64,000 nt of DNA, taken from positions 32,001 to 96,000 of the forward strand of contig CAWEHK010000035.1 of the NCBI GenBank assembly GCA_963808625.1, in the 5' to 3' direction. Positions 1-11,698 of the stretch are shown piece after piece; positions within the stretch are counted from its first letter, which is position 1; each line of letters opens with the position of its first letter. This DNA is from an uncultured delta proteobacterium (GTDB lineage: Bacteria > Desulfobacterota > Syntrophobacteria > Syntrophobacterales > Syntrophobacteraceae). Below the pieces are notes generated by a model, which made no database searches, was not told the DNA's origin, and was given only the letters and a program-made list of their open reading frames with translations. Position numbers and translations under genes: made by a program.

Positions 1-655
1 TGGCCGCGCCGGTAGTCGGCAGATGCCGGGCCAGCGTGTAGCGCTGGCCAGCTCTATCGGCGCAGAACCAGCCCTCCTGCATTCCCTTCACCATAATCTT
101 GGCGGCAATGTCGGGGGCCATGGCAAGATCGAGGTTGTCGTTCAGGCGTCCGTCAAGCCCCAGTTCGCGATCTGCCCTCTCGTAGTTGGCCTTCCAGGTG
201 AGCTGAACATAGCCGCGGCCGTAGAAAGGATAATAGCGCAGGTTCGCGCGCCGCCAGCCCTCGCTAAGCCAGTACGCCTCGCGCACCGGCTGCATCGTGC
301 AGTTGGTCTCGTGGCAGGCGGTCGCCAGCGCGTAGGCGGTGAAAGCGAGGGGCCAGCCCGCCTCCTTGGCCGCGGCGAGCACCGCCTGCAGGCCCGTCAC
401 CTGATCGGGCTTGAGCGTGCTCCCGAGGACGTTGCACTCGCGCACCGAATCGAAGAAGGCCTTTGGGTTGTCGAGCTCCACGGTGCCAGCCCCTGCGGGC
501 GCCGCGGGCACCGGTTCGGTCACGGTCGGCGGTGCCGCCACCTCATCCTGCTCTACGCCGAGCTGGTCGAGAAGCGCGTCAATCGCCTTCACTTCTGCGG
601 TGGTGAAGCCCTTGCCGCGCTGAGCGCGGATGGTGTCGAAAATCGGCTTGCGCAT
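1..655 (-). CDS. Glycoside hydrolase family 19-like (lysozyme/chitinase fold) muramidase/endolysin; 3' end runs off window
   Basis: Not in ORF track (open at the edge). Hand translation from ATG at 655 (RBS AAGGAG upstream): MRKPIFDTIR...AYALATACHETNCTMQPVRE...YYPFYGRGYVQLTWKANY..., the GH19 HET and GRGxxQLT..NY motifs. Confidence 0.8.
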   Translation of the reverse strand, partial: MRKPIFDTIRAQRGKGFTTAEVKAIDALLDQLGVEQDEVAAPPTVTEPVPAAPAGAGTVELDNPKAFFDSVRECNVLGSTLKPDQVTGLQAVLAAAKEAGWPLAFTAYALATACHETNCTMQPVREAYWLSEGWRRANLRYYPFYGRGYVQLTWKANYERADRELGLDGRLNDNLDLAMAPDIAAKIMVKGMQEGWFCADRAGQRYTLARHLPTTGAA

Positions 656-835
656 CTTCTTCTCCTTATCCCAAGCTAAAAAGAATCAGGTAAAAGAAAA
701 CCAAGGTTCCCCCCAAAGTTTAGACAAAAAATCGACCAAACTAAACTTCTTTCACCTCCCCTCAACAGCCATCATCAACCGACCATGATATGATTCTTTT
801 ACCCACCCGGAGGATCGGGCTCTGTTGGAGAAGCA

Positions 836-914
836 ACCTGAGCGCCCAGCTTCACCTGTCGGCGGAAGGGGGCGATGCCCGCTACAGCCGGTCAGGTGCA
901 TCCGAATATTCAAG
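836..914 (-). other. Degenerate attC-like (integron cassette) recombination hairpin
   Basis: Minus strand reads ATGCACCTG...CAGGTGAA (L-box-like pair with an extra-helical base) around an inner GGGC-ATC-GCCC stem. Outer R boxes are degenerate (CTTGAAT / GCTCAGG instead of RYYYAAC / GTTRRRY). Confidence 0.4.
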
Positions 915-1023
915 CAAGAGAGCGTTTGCAGCTGCTTGTAGAAACATAACCTTGCTCCAATTTCATCAGGCTTGAGGACAAGTGCCTAGTACTACAACGA
1001 TACTTTGGTGAAGGTCCAAGCTG

Positions 1024-1090
1024 TGTGGGGCAGGTTTTCCGGCCTGCCATGCTGAACTGCCAGAAGGCGGGCTAGAAAGCCTGCCCCACA
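1024..1090. repeat. REP-like palindrome pair, family B (GTGGGGCAGGYTTTCC...GAAAGCCTGCCCCAC)
   Basis: Inverted pair. Related copies at 9627-9676, 14752-14880 and 62466-62489; weaker ones at 7360-7382 and 18160-18181. Confidence 0.8.
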
Positions 1091-1127
1091 GAATGAAGGA
1101 CCGTCTGCAGAAACCTCGTTGTCAGTA

Positions 1128-3394
1128 CTAACTACACCGCGAAAACCCGCACGAGCGGCACACGATGCATCCGCCTTCGTGTTCTACGGCGCCGCCGCAG
1201 TCGGGGCAGGCGCCCATCAGGCTTTGAACGGGGGTGATGTTGGCCTGCGCGTGATGGTTGAGGACGGTGGCGATGGCGTCCGAGCACGAGACGATCTGTT
1301 CGCCGTTCTGCCACATGGGCGAGGGGCAGCGGATGCCCATGAGCTGCTTGATGATGGCCTCGATTTTGACGCCGGAACGCAGCGCCAGGGAAATCAGGCG
1401 CCCGGTGGCTTCGATCTGCGAGTAGGCGCAGCCGCCGGCCTTTCCCATCGAGGCAAAGACTTCACAAAAACCGTGCTCATCCCAGTTGACGGTCACGTAA
1501 AGCTTTCCGCAGCCGGTGTTGATTCGTTCCGTAATGCCGCTGGTCATATCCGGACGGGGGCGTGGTTCCACCTGCGGGTACTGAGGCTTGCGCTGGATAT
1601 TCAGCACCTGGGCGTCGCGGCTGCCGTCCCGGTAGATCGTCAAGCCCTTGCAGCCCAGGTCATAGGCCATGAGGTAGGCGTTGCGCACATCCTCGGGAGT
1701 CGCGCTGAACGGGAAGTTGATGGTCTTGCTTACGGCATTGTCGGTGTACTTCTGAAAAGCCGCCTGGATGCGGATATGCCATTCCGGGCTGACATCATGG
1801 GATACCACGAAAGTCCGGCGCACCTTCTCCGGGATTTCGCGGAAATCCTGGATGGTCCCTTTCTCGGCAATCCGTTTCATGAGCGTCTTCGGAATGGAAG
1901 CCCTCCGCCTTGGCCACTTCCTGGAATAAGGGATGGACCTCGAGCAGTTCCTGGTTATCCAATACCTTACGGACGTAGCTGATGGCAAAGAGCGGCTCGA
2001 TCCCGCTGGAACAGCCCGCGATGATGCTGATGGTCCCCGTCGGGGCGATGGTGGTGGTGGTAGCGTTCCGCATGATAGGGTGTATCGGGACGATCGTAAA
2101 GCGAGCCCTGATAGTTGGGAAAGTTGCCTCGCGCCTTGCCCAGATAAGCGGAGGCCGCCTTGGATTCCTCCTGGATAAAGGCCATAACGGTTTCCGCCGT
2201 CTGCACCGCTTCCTCGGAATCGTAAGGGATCCCGAGGGCGATCAGCAGATCGGCGAAGCCCATAACGCCGAGCCCGATCTTGCGGTTTGCCCGGGTCAGT
2301 TCCTCGATCTTCGGGAGCGGGTATTTGTTGACCTCGATGACATTATCGAGGAAATGGACGCCGTCCCACACGACTTCCTTCAAATGGTCGTAATCGAGGT
2401 TGCCGGCTTTGACCATGTGGGCGAGATTGATCGAGCCGAGATTGCAGGATTCATAAGGCAGCAGAGGCTGTTCGCCGCAGGGGTTGGTGCTCTCGATCTG
2501 CCCCACGGCCGGAGTGGGATTGAAGCGGTTCATCACATCCAGGAAAATGAGCCCAGGCTCGCCGTTTTTCCACGCGCACTGCACAATCTGATCGAAAACG
2601 CTTCGCGCGGGCAGGCTCTTGAAGCGCTCCCCCGTGCGCGGATTGATCAAATCGTATTCGGTATCTTCCTTGACCGCATTCATGAAGGCATCGGTGGCGG
2701 CCACGGAGATATTGAAATTGGTCATGCGGTCATTGTCGGTCTTGCAGGTGATGAATCTTTCGATATCCGGATGATCCACCTTGAGGATACCCATGTTGGC
2801 GCCGCGGCGGGTGCCGCCCTGCTTCACGGTTTCCGTAGCGACATCGAAGACCGTCATGAAGGACACCGGACCGCTGGCCACGCCCTGGGTGGTCAGGACC
2901 TGGTCGTTTTCCGGCCTGATCCGGGAGAAGGAAAAACCCGTGCCGCCCCCGCTCTTGTGGATCATCGCCGCGTGCTTGATGGCATCGAAAATGCTGTCGA
3001 TGGAATCCTCGACGGGCAGCACAAAACACGCCGAAAGCTGGCCCAGGGGGCGCCCCGCATTCATCAGGGTCGGCGAGTTGGGAACGAAGTCGAGGGAGGC
3101 CATCAGCCGATGGAATTTTCGCGCCGTTTCCTCGACCTTTGCTGGTCCTTCATAGGCAGCGTCGCCTTCGGCAATGGCCCGCGCCACCCGCCAGAACAGC
3201 TCTTCCGGGGTCTCGATGAGCTCGTTGTTCTCGTCCTTCCTGAGATAGCGCTTCTTGAGCACCACCAGCGCGTTGTCCGACAAGCCCAGCGGCGGTCCTT
3301 TTTGTCCTCGCGTCTTGCGTTTCCCTTCGGATGTCATAACTCGCTCTTGTTGTGGCAGGACTTGGGTGTCACCCATGTATTCATATTCCGTCAT
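1128..3394 (-). CDS. nrdJ: Class II (adenosylcobalamin-dependent) ribonucleotide reductase with C-terminal TSCPD-like and zinc-ribbon domains; two frameshifts near 1990-2070
   Basis: [53 protein letters not shown] and SSGIEP motifs spread over ORFs 1967-3427, 1795-2073 and 1128-1988; ends [20 protein letters not shown]. Start uncertain (3394 or 3337). Confidence 0.9.
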
Positions 3395-3731
3395 CTTAAA
3401 TTTTATCCTTTTTCGAGACCAATACAATTGTCCGATGAGTGAAAAGTGCCGGCGGTCATCGAAGATATCCCAATCGCTTCTGGCTGCCGATTCCGAGGCT
3501 TCAGCCGGTCCTCATGACCATCCTCAAAATTGTCCTCATCATAGGGAAAAAGAAACCGGTGTCAAAAGATAAAATGTCTTGGAAAAATGAGGTCTTTCAA
3601 CCAAGTGACAAGATATTAAAACCAAAATAACCGACTTCAGAGAGATGCCTGACGGACTTCCTTGGCCTATCGATGGCGCCGCTTTAAGTTTATACTCGGC
3701 GCGGAAGATGGCATTTGAGCAGGTTCGGAAT

Positions 3732-3795
3732 CGTCATACCGGCGAAAGCCGGTATCCAGGCAATCCTTCTGGATTCCGGTTTTCACCCGAATGAC
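3732..3795. repeat. Palindromic repeat family A (CGTCATWCCGGCGAAAGCCGGWATCCAG...ATGAC)
   Basis: Two hairpins in inverted arrangement. Copies at 6972-7051, 11885-11949, 18328-18407 and, degenerate, 28941-29012. Confidence 0.8.
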
Positions 3796-3866
3796 ACTGT
3801 CAGCGAATATGGTTTCTTAATTCTGCCGTGCTGTGCGAAACTGACAGGGAGTGAAAACGATCCGGG

Positions 3867-6357
3867 ATGAAACCATTTACGATCATGACTATCGTCCTTA
3901 CGGTGTGGCTGATCGCCTGCCCCTGTGCGGGGCAGGAGAAGGCGGACACGCAAACTACAGTCCCGCAATTGCTCCCCAAGGTGTTCACCAAAGACGAAAG
4001 CGCCGCCCCGGGCAAAGACGCCAAGACCCCAACTTCCAGCGCTTCCTGGGCTTGCGGAAGTTGTCCCCCGTGCGGCCGATTTGGGGCAGAAGGCGATCAA
4101 GGCCGAAGAAGCCATTGCCGCGACCAGAGACATTTCAGCCTTGGAGCGGCGGATCGGCGACACGGAAAGCCACGTCACACAGCTAACCAAAAAGATCGCC
4201 GGCCTGGGTGATCCTGCAAACTGGAATATTTACCGGCTGCTCGACGCCCAGCACATGATTGACGGCGAAAAAAACAAGCTTGGTGCCCTTGTTGATGCCA
4301 TCTCGTTAAGGCTTTCGGAGCTCGAAACCATCCGCATGGCCTGGGAGGAAGAAGCCACCTTTTGGAAGAAGTGGGAAGAATCCCTCAGTGAGGTACAAAC
4401 CGAGATTCCTCCCGGGACCTTTAAGAAGGCGACGGAAACAGCCCACGCCGTCCTCCAGTCGGTTGCCAACGCCTCCGGCCCCCTCCTGGCTCTCCAGCAA
4501 AAGCTCACGAAACAGCTCGACGAAGCTCGCCAACTGAGCACTCCGATCGAATCGGCGTTGAAAAAATTGCGCAGTGAGAGATTCGAAAAGAATGCTCCCT
4601 CTTTCGTTACCAGGGAGTTCTTTGAGCAGTTCGACAGGAGGCTTTGGGACGCGGTGAAGGGCGGCATAATCGACGGTTGGAAGTTGGATAGCGAATACCT
4701 TCCTCTCTTCACCTGGATGATCTCTCTGCAAGTCCTTTGCACCATAATCCTCGTTTACCTTATTCGGAGACGTCGGCATTTACCCGAGAAAACCGGGGAA
4801 TGGCACTTCGTCAGGAAACATCCCTGGGCTTTTGCGATTTTTGTAACCCAGGCGGTGACCGCGCTCTTCTACCAGGTGCCGGCCCCCTCCTGGTTGTTCC
4901 TGACCTTTGCCCTGGTGATCTTGTCAGCCTCGTTTCTGATTTCCGACCTGCTTCCTCATCCGCGGATACGCCGGGTGGTTGTTCGTCCTGGCAGGGGTTC
5001 AGATTATCTCGGCGGTGTTGAAGCTGATTTCGCTTCCGGTGCCCCTCTTCAGTGTTTATCTGGCGCTGATTCTGGTGGTGATAATCTGGTTCTTCCTCAA
5101 CCAGGCCAGGCGTCAGGTAGCCGAGCGGGAAGGCAGGATGGACCTGCTTGCTGCGGGATTGCGCGGGGGAGCGCTGGTCGGATCTGCCGCCCTGTTTGCC
5201 CTGCTGGCCGGCTATACGCAACCTGGCAGACTATCTGATGCGTTCTTCCATCGGGACCATTTTCCTGATCATCGTTGCAGGCTTGCTTTTCCACCTCGGA
5301 AATGGATGTGTCGAAGTTCTGTTGAGCCAACCGGCTGTTGCCCGCCTGGGGTTTATTATCCGGTTCGGAGCGGCCCTCGAATCCCGCCTGAAGAATTTGC
5401 TTAAAGCCATCCTCTGGATCGGGGTTTTTTTGGCCCTGTTTCAACTGTGGGGCGTCTACACGTCTTTCGGTCAGGCGTGGGAAAAGATCATCGATTTCAA
5501 GTTTGCCCTTGGTGAGCTGAATCTCAGCCTTGGCCGGATTCTGCTGGCGGCGCTATTCTTCTATCTCATCGTTTCCGGTTCCTGGTTTATCCGCGCCTTT
5601 CTGGACGGCGAGGTGTTTCCGCGCCAGCAACTCGATCGCGGCGCCCGGGATGCGATCAAGAAGTTGATCCACTACTCTCTCCTGTTTTTTGGGATCATGG
5701 TTGCGATTGGCGTCATCGGCCTCAACCTGACCAGTTTCGCTTTTCTGACCGGCGCCATCGGTCATTGGCGTGGGTTTTGGCATGCAGAATATCGTGAATA
5801 ACTTTGTCAGCGGTCTGATGCTGCTTTTTGAACGGCCATTCAAGATCGGCGATATGGTCGTCGTGGACAATGAGACCGGCACGGTGAGAAAGATTGGGCT
5901 GCGCTCGACCATCATCGAAACCTTCGACCGCTCGGAATTGATTGTCCCCAATTCCCAGTTTATTTCCGGAAAAGTGACAAACTGGACCCGCACCAGCCAT
6001 ATTGCCAGGATTAGAATTCCGGTTGGGGTCGCCTATGGCAGTGATGTCGAGCTGGTTTTGCGGCTGCTCAGGGAAGCTGGTGAAACCGACCCGCGGGTTC
6101 TGTCCAACCCTGCGCCCAATCCCCTCTTTCTTCGCTTCGGGGACAGCTCCCTGGATCTCGAACTGCACGTCTGGATTGCCGATGTGGGAGATCTGCTGGC
6201 CGTCAGGAGCCATCTCTGTCAGGAAATCGCCCGCCGCTTTCAGGAAGCCGGCATCGAAATTCCCTGTCCTCAGCGCGACCTGCATTTGCGCTCCATTGAT
6301 GAAGGCGTGCTCGAACGGGCGCTCGGGTTGCGGAAGAAAGATGTGCCCGCGGAGTAA
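3867..6357 (+). CDS. Large MscS-family (MscK-like) mechanosensitive channel, split by about 4 frameshifts
   Basis: Signal peptide, coiled-coil periplasmic region and multiple TM helices, then the MscS core GFGMQNIVNNFVSGLMLLFERPFKIGD...IGLRST...IVPNS...VGVAYGSD...GIEIP.PQRDLH across ORFs 3867, 3925, 4979, 5148 and 5770. Confidence 0.85.
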
Positions 6358-6505
6358 GGGAGAGAGTTTCAGCGTCTTTATAACTGTGGAAGATATAACA
6401 TGGTGGCATTCAAAGCCTTTCAAAAAGGATGGTTGAGTGCTAATATAGAAAAACAAAATACGAAGCGCCAACCGGCATTCTAACTTTAGGGCAAAGGAAG
6501 AGCTC

Positions 6506-6898
6506 ATGGACGCAAAATCGAAGAATGTGGCAAAGAAATGGGTGGAACAGGCGATCGCCTTCTACAAGGTTTCCGGCAAGCGGATCGCGCTTGCTGCTTT
6601 TACGGATGTTTCCGGCATGTTTGTTAAGGATGCGATGTACATTTATGTATTGAGTCCCAATGGCACCATGCTTGCGCACGGAGTGAACGAGAAGTTTGTG
6701 GGAGAGGAGTTCATTGACCTCAAGGATATCGACGGCAAGCCTTTCATCAAAGAGATCGTCGACACCGCCAACACGAAAGACAGCGGGTGGGTGGAATACA
6801 AATGGTACAATCCTGCAACGAGAGAGTGGCGCCCCAAAATCACGTATTTTGAGAAGGTTGATAATTTGATCATTTGCAGTGGGGTCTACGGCGGATAA
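6506..6898 (+). CDS. Stand-alone single Cache (sCache_2-like) domain protein
   Basis: MYIYV...MLAHG...LKDIDGKPFIKEI...GWVEYKWYNP...PKITY...IICSGVY pattern; no signal peptide or TM segment. Confidence 0.8.
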   Translation: MDAKSKNVAKKWVEQAIAFYKVSGKRIALAAFTDVSGMFVKDAMYIYVLSPNGTMLAHGVNEKFVGEEFIDLKDIDGKPFIKEIVDTANTKDSGWVEYKWYNPATREWRPKITYFEKVDNLIICSGVYGG

Positions 6899-7188
6899 GT
6901 CTAAGGTCGGAGGCATCGTTCTCGCGAGGAAGAAATTGGCTTGAACAGCGCGTCCAAAAAGGGCTTCCGGTCGTCACCCCCGCATGCTTCTGGCGGGGGT
7001 CCAGGGAACAAGCAGTGCCTGGATTCCCGCCAGGAGCATGCGGGAATGACGATTTTGGGCTCTTGATGGACGGGCAATCATATGACGATTTGGGCCCCAT
7101 GCGACACGGCAACACATCACAAAGCCACTTTTTGAAAGTCTTTAGGCACCCCCCAAGGGGATTGATTCAAGGAGAAGGAGAAGAGTGC

Positions 7189-7344
7189 ATGAACATATAC
7201 AAAACCGATATCAGACCTTCCAAGTTTGATCCGAAAGTACTGATCGCGAGATGTCCAAAATGTCAAAATGTTCTGGTCATGAATGAAGAGCATGTGATTT
7301 GTAACAAGTGCGGGGAAGAGCTGTTTGTTGTCGATGAAGATTGA
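7189..7344 (+). CDS. Small zinc-ribbon protein (51 aa)
   Basis: RBS AAGGAG then ATG at 7189; CPKC-x12-CNKC. The upstream part of the tracked ORF is translated repeat DNA. Confidence 0.6.
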   Translation: MNIYKTDIRPSKFDPKVLIARCPKCQNVLVMNEEHVICNKCGEELFVVDED

Positions 7345-7450
7345 AGGCGTGAACATAAAGGGCGGGTTGGAAAACCCGCCCTCCGTTTATGGCTTTGGCG
7401 TTGATCAAGATTGAAGACGGGAACATAGAGAAGTTTTTGTAAGGCAAACG

Positions 7451-8122
<672 letters not shown>

Positions 8123-8125
8123 TCC

Positions 8126-9730
8126 TTGCGCCTGCGCTCGATCCGCGCACGCCTCACCTTCTGGTACACCAGCCTCCTGACGGTCACCCTGCTGCTGCTG
8201 GGAGGATCGGCATACGGGCTTCTGTCCTACAGCCTCTCCCATGAGGTCGATGCCGCCTTGAACGGCGTTGCCACGACGCTGGCCGAGCGGTCTCATGGCG
8301 ACCCCGTCAGCATCCCTCCGGCCGAAATTGAGGAGATGTTCCGGCGGTTTTTCGGTTTTTCTCCGTGGGACCGCTATTATCAAATGTTCGATCCGTTCGG
8401 TGACCGCGATCCGCGAGAACCCAAATCCCCCCAGCAACGCCCGCCCCTCAGCAAGGAGGCCCTCAATAACGCCTCGCAGGGAATTCCTACCTTCGAGACC
8501 GTGGACGGCCTTGGAGTTTATCCCGTGAGGCTCCTGACCATGCCGGTGATGGACGGCCGCCGCGTGATCAACCTGCTTCAGGTGGGGATGTCGCTGCAGA
8601 GTGTCTCCGAGACGCGCGTGCGCTTCCTCTTGATCATGGGGGGGTTGCTCCCCGTTGGTCTACTGCTTGCCGGGGTCGGCGGGTGGCTCCTGGCTCGCCG
8701 CGCCCTGGAACCGGTTGCCCGGATGACCGAAGCGGCCCAGCGGATCAGTGCCGAACATCTTGAAGAGCGGGTCGAGGAAACCGGGGCGGGCGATGAACTG
8801 GACCAGCTCGCGAAAACCTTGAATCAGATGCTCAGCCGGTTGGATGCCGCTTTCAGCCAGATCCGCCAGTTCAGCGCCAGCGCTTCCCATGAACTCCAGA
8901 CGCCCCTCACGGTCCTCAAAGGGGAACTCGAGGTTGCGCTCCGCTCGCCGCGTTCGCCGCAGGAATACCGGGCCGCGTTGGCGAGTTCCCTCGAGGAGGT
9001 CGATCGCATCGCTCAGTTGGTCGAGGGGCTCCTGCTCCTGTCCCGAGCCGAGGCCGGCGTGTTGAGAATGGACCAACAGCCCGTGGACCTGGCCCAGCTT
9101 CTGGAAGAGGTGCAATCGCGCCTGAAAGTCCTCGCTCACAGCCGTTCGGTCGCACTCTGTCTCGGACCCCTGGAACCGATCGCCATCGTGGGTGACCGCG
9201 AGCGTCTCAGGCGGCTCCTGCTGAACCTCACCGACAATGCGATCAAGTACAGCGCGCCGGGCGGCTCGGTTGCGCTCTCCCTGCACGGTGATGACAAATG
9301 GGCATCCGTTCTGGTTGCCGATACCGGGATCGGCATCTCGGGCGAAGAACAGGAGAAGATTTTTCAGCCTTTCTATCGGACCGAGGAAGCCCGGTCCCAG
9401 GCTGAGAATGGCACGGGGCTCGGCCTCTGCATCGCGCGCTCGATTGCCGTCGCCCATGGCGGCGCCATCGAGGTCGAGAGCACTCCCGGAGAGGGCAGCA
9501 CCTTCCGCGTGCTGCTTCCCGTCCCCGTTGAGCAGTCAATGAATCCCGCCGACAGCCCCGAACTGCCACGAAGTTCCCAAGGAAAATACGTAATACCGAG
9601 GTCGCTTTCATTCGACAACCTTCGCATGTGGGGCGGACTTTCCAGTCCGCCGACAGGCTGGAAAGCCTGTCCCACAGAATGTTTCTCGATCATTGCCGAT
9701 GGTTCGCAACGGAGTATTAGAGATTTCTAA
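8126..9730 (+). CDS. Sensor histidine kinase (CusS/CzcS-like: TM-sensor-TM-HAMP-HisKA-HATPase)
   Basis: ASHELQTPL H-box, NLTDNAIKY, DTGIG and GTGLGL. The last ~65 aa read through a REP, so the true stop may be near 9530. Confidence 0.85.
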   Translation: MRLRSIRARLTFWYTSLLTVTLLLLGGSAYGLLSYSLSHEVDAALNGVATTLAERSHGDPVSIPPAEIEEMFRRFFGFSPWDRYYQMFDPFGDRDPREPKSPQQRPPLSKEALNNASQGIPTFETVDGLGVYPVRLLTMPVMDGRRVINLLQVGMSLQSVSETRVRFLLIMGGLLPVGLLLAGVGGWLLARRALEPVARMTEAAQRISAEHLEERVEETGAGDELDQLAKTLNQMLSRLDAAFSQIRQFSASASHELQTPLTVLKGELEVALRSPRSPQEYRAALASSLEEVDRIAQLVEGLLLLSRAEAGVLRMDQQPVDLAQLLEEVQSRLKVLAHSRSVALCLGPLEPIAIVGDRERLRRLLLNLTDNAIKYSAPGGSVALSLHGDDKWASVLVADTGIGISGEEQEKIFQPFYRTEEARSQAENGTGLGLCIARSIAVAHGGAIEVESTPGEGSTFRVLLPVPVEQSMNPADSPELPRSSQGKYVIPRSLSFDNLRMWGGLSSPPTGWKACPTECFSIIADGSQRSIRDF

Positions 9731-9902
9731 TCCCCTTTTTAATCTTCTCTTAACGTTCCCCCTCTCGCCTTTTGAGGCAAGCAGCCGGCAGGTGCTTCGA
9801 CCCGGCGGAAGCGGAGCGGAGCGTCTCGAAAAAGAAGGAGGAACAAAGATGCCAAGGGAATTTGGACACTGGTGCATTTGGGCGGAAATCGTTAGCCAGT
9901 TC

Positions 9903-9976
9903 CGGTGGGCACGGTGAAGCGGTGCCCACTTTAAAGTGTTCCCGGTTCCGTAGGGTGGCAGATTTTTTTGTCCACC
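9903..9976. repeat. REP-like family C (GTAGGGTGGGCA...TGCCCACC)
   Basis: Hairpin copies here, at 46876-46916 and at 50501-50589. Confidence 0.7.
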
Positions 9977-10007
9977 GGAAACATGCACGAACTTATTCAC
10001 GTGTGTA

Positions 10008-10898
10008 CTAAAAGTCATAATCGAGCGTCACCGCGACGCGGTTGCGCAGTTCTTTTCTCACCGCAAGGTTCCATTTCTTTGCCGCATTGGCCGACCCATA
10101 GATATTTCCCAGGTAAAAGGGCAGGCCAATGCCGCCGACGATGCCCGCTACGGCATAGTTCTCATGGTACACCGCGGTTACCGTACCGGCGATTGCCAGG
10201 GCATTGATGAGAAAGGCAGTAATGCCGTCCCCGTAATGTTCGGCGTAAATGTACCCGCTGCCGGGCAGGACTGCGGACATGATGCCGGCCAGCGCTTCCG
10301 ACTTTCGGGGAAGCTGCTGGTAGTGATCGAGCAGCCCAATGGCTTCTTTTGCCTTTTTCGAACCGGGATAATCGGGGTAGGTTTCACCAAGTTTTTCGAG
10401 TCCCTGCCGGCTGGCACTCACCTTTTCCTGGTCCAGCGCCAGCATCGCGTTGGCAACCAGGGCCAGCGGCGCATACTCAGAGTCCGGGTAGGAAGCGGCG
10501 AGCGTCCCCAGGGCGGTCCCCGCATCCTGGTATTGCTTCAGTTTCCAGTAAGCGAGTCCCTCATAATACTGCGCCTGCGGGGCATAGCGGCTCTCCGGAT
10601 ATTTTTCCCTCAGGGCTGCAAGGGTCCGGGTGGATGGCTCATATTCTTCACCGCGATAATAGGCCGTGCCCATTCTGAAGAGGACGTAATCCCCCTGGTC
10701 GGATTCCGGAAAGATGATCAGGAACTTCTTGTATTCGGTGATTGCCCGATAGGTCTCCCCTTCCTCCAGGAAGGCATCGGCGATCTTCAACTGCATGGCT
10801 TCCGTCACCATGACCCCCGTTTCCGCAGCGTCGGACCGGTTCATGAGGGGTATAAAGGTAAAAAACAGGAGCAGCAGCAGTCTCAGTGAAGGTCTCAT
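10008..10898 (-). CDS. Exported TPR-repeat protein (BamD/CpoB-like repeats) with C-terminal membrane segment
   Basis: Probable ATG at 10898 overlapping the upstream stop; hydrophobic signal; repeated YPxSxYA TPR units; C-terminal SAVLPGSGYIY plus TM helices. Confidence 0.7.
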   Translation of the reverse strand: MRPSLRLLLLLFFTFIPLMNRSDAAETGVMVTEAMQLKIADAFLEEGETYRAITEYKKFLIIFPESDQGDYVLFRMGTAYYRGEEYEPSTRTLAALREKYPESRYAPQAQYYEGLAYWKLKQYQDAGTALGTLAASYPDSEYAPLALVANAMLALDQEKVSASRQGLEKLGETYPDYPGSKKAKEAIGLLDHYQQLPRKSEALAGIMSAVLPGSGYIYAEHYGDGITAFLINALAIAGTVTAVYHENYAVAGIVGGIGLPFYLGNIYGSANAAKKWNLAVRKELRNRVAVTLDYDF

Positions 10899-11314
10899 GG
10901 CTCGGACAGGAGGTTTCGTGAAAGAGGATCGAAGAGTCTCCCGTTGGGAAGGAGGGTATAGTCGGGTCCGGGTTTCTTCCAAATATGACAGCGCATCAAG
11001 CGATCTCCCGTCATCATCAGGCCCACTATCGGACCCTGCTCCTGGATGGCCGCATAGCCGTATCGCGAACAGGTGGGGCGGAAGCCGCAGCGTTCTCCCC
11101 CGACGGGAGAGATCCACTTCTGATAGAACTTGATTGCCTGAAGGAAGGCAATCCTGACGCACGAGGTCTCGTCTTGCAGCGCCGGCGCCGGCTGCTGCAA
11201 CCTTGCAGGGGGCCCTTTCATCTCCACTTCGGAAGCCCGGACACACATGGCGGGGCCCAGCGTGCACCACGCTGCAAAAACGCATAAAGCAAAGCGGATG
11301 GTCTTTTTCCGCAT
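10895..11314 (-). CDS. yidD: Membrane protein insertion efficiency factor YidD-like protein with N-terminal extension
   Basis: IKFYQKWISP....CGFRPTCSRYG..AI...G...G......RLMRCH three-Cys signature. Confidence 0.75.
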   Translation of the reverse strand: MRKKTIRFALCVFAAWCTLGPAMCVRASEVEMKGPPARLQQPAPALQDETSCVRIAFLQAIKFYQKWISPVGGERCGFRPTCSRYGYAAIQEQGPIVGLMMTGDRLMRCHIWKKPGPDYTLLPNGRLFDPLSRNLLSEP

Positions 11315-11467
11315 CCCTAACCCCGAAGTACACGAAACACCCGGAAGACCAGAATTGATTTCTTCATGTTTTCCGCGTCTTCCGTGTGTTCCGTGGTTTG
11401 AAAAAGGCCCAGCAGGAGCGCATGTTCATGTTGTCTCTGGAGAGCTCCGCGATCTGCCGCTTCCGGA

Positions 11468-11698
11468 TTACTTCCCTTCGGTCCTCTGTTTGATGATCTT
11501 TTCCTTGGATTCGTTGTATTCTTTTTCCGAGATGATGCCCTGGTCGTAGGCGTCCTTGAGAGCTTTCAGCTCATCCCCCAGGGTGGTCGTGGTCGTGGTG
11601 CTCTCGTTTTTGACCGTCGAGCCGCCGCCGCAGCAGCCTCCAAGGCTGACCGTGAGGATGATCATCATCCCAAGCAAACAGGCTTTTAGAACTTTCAT
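11468..11698 (-). CDS. Small lipoprotein with SHOCT domain
   Basis: Lipobox LGGC, Thr-rich linker, ELKALKDAYDQGIISEKEYNESKEKII; RBS AGGAGGAG. Confidence 0.8.
   Translation of the reverse strand: MKVLKACLLGMMIILTVSLGGCCGGGSTVKNESTTTTTTLGDELKALKDAYDQGIISEKEYNESKEKIIKQRTEGK

Noticed and set aside
1967..2073. Programmed frameshift or intron/intein in nrdJ
   Set aside because: The breaks look like the single-base indels seen throughout the window; no extra inserted sequence or slippery site is evident.
3400..3720. NrdR box or cobalamin riboswitch upstream of nrdJ
   Set aside because: Only partial half-site matches (e.g. ACAAGATATT) and no B12-box; not supportable by eye.
9530..9730. Functional REP-derived C-terminal domain on the sensor kinase
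   Set aside because: An out-of-frame TGA lies right after the HATPase end; an indel error is the simpler explanation.
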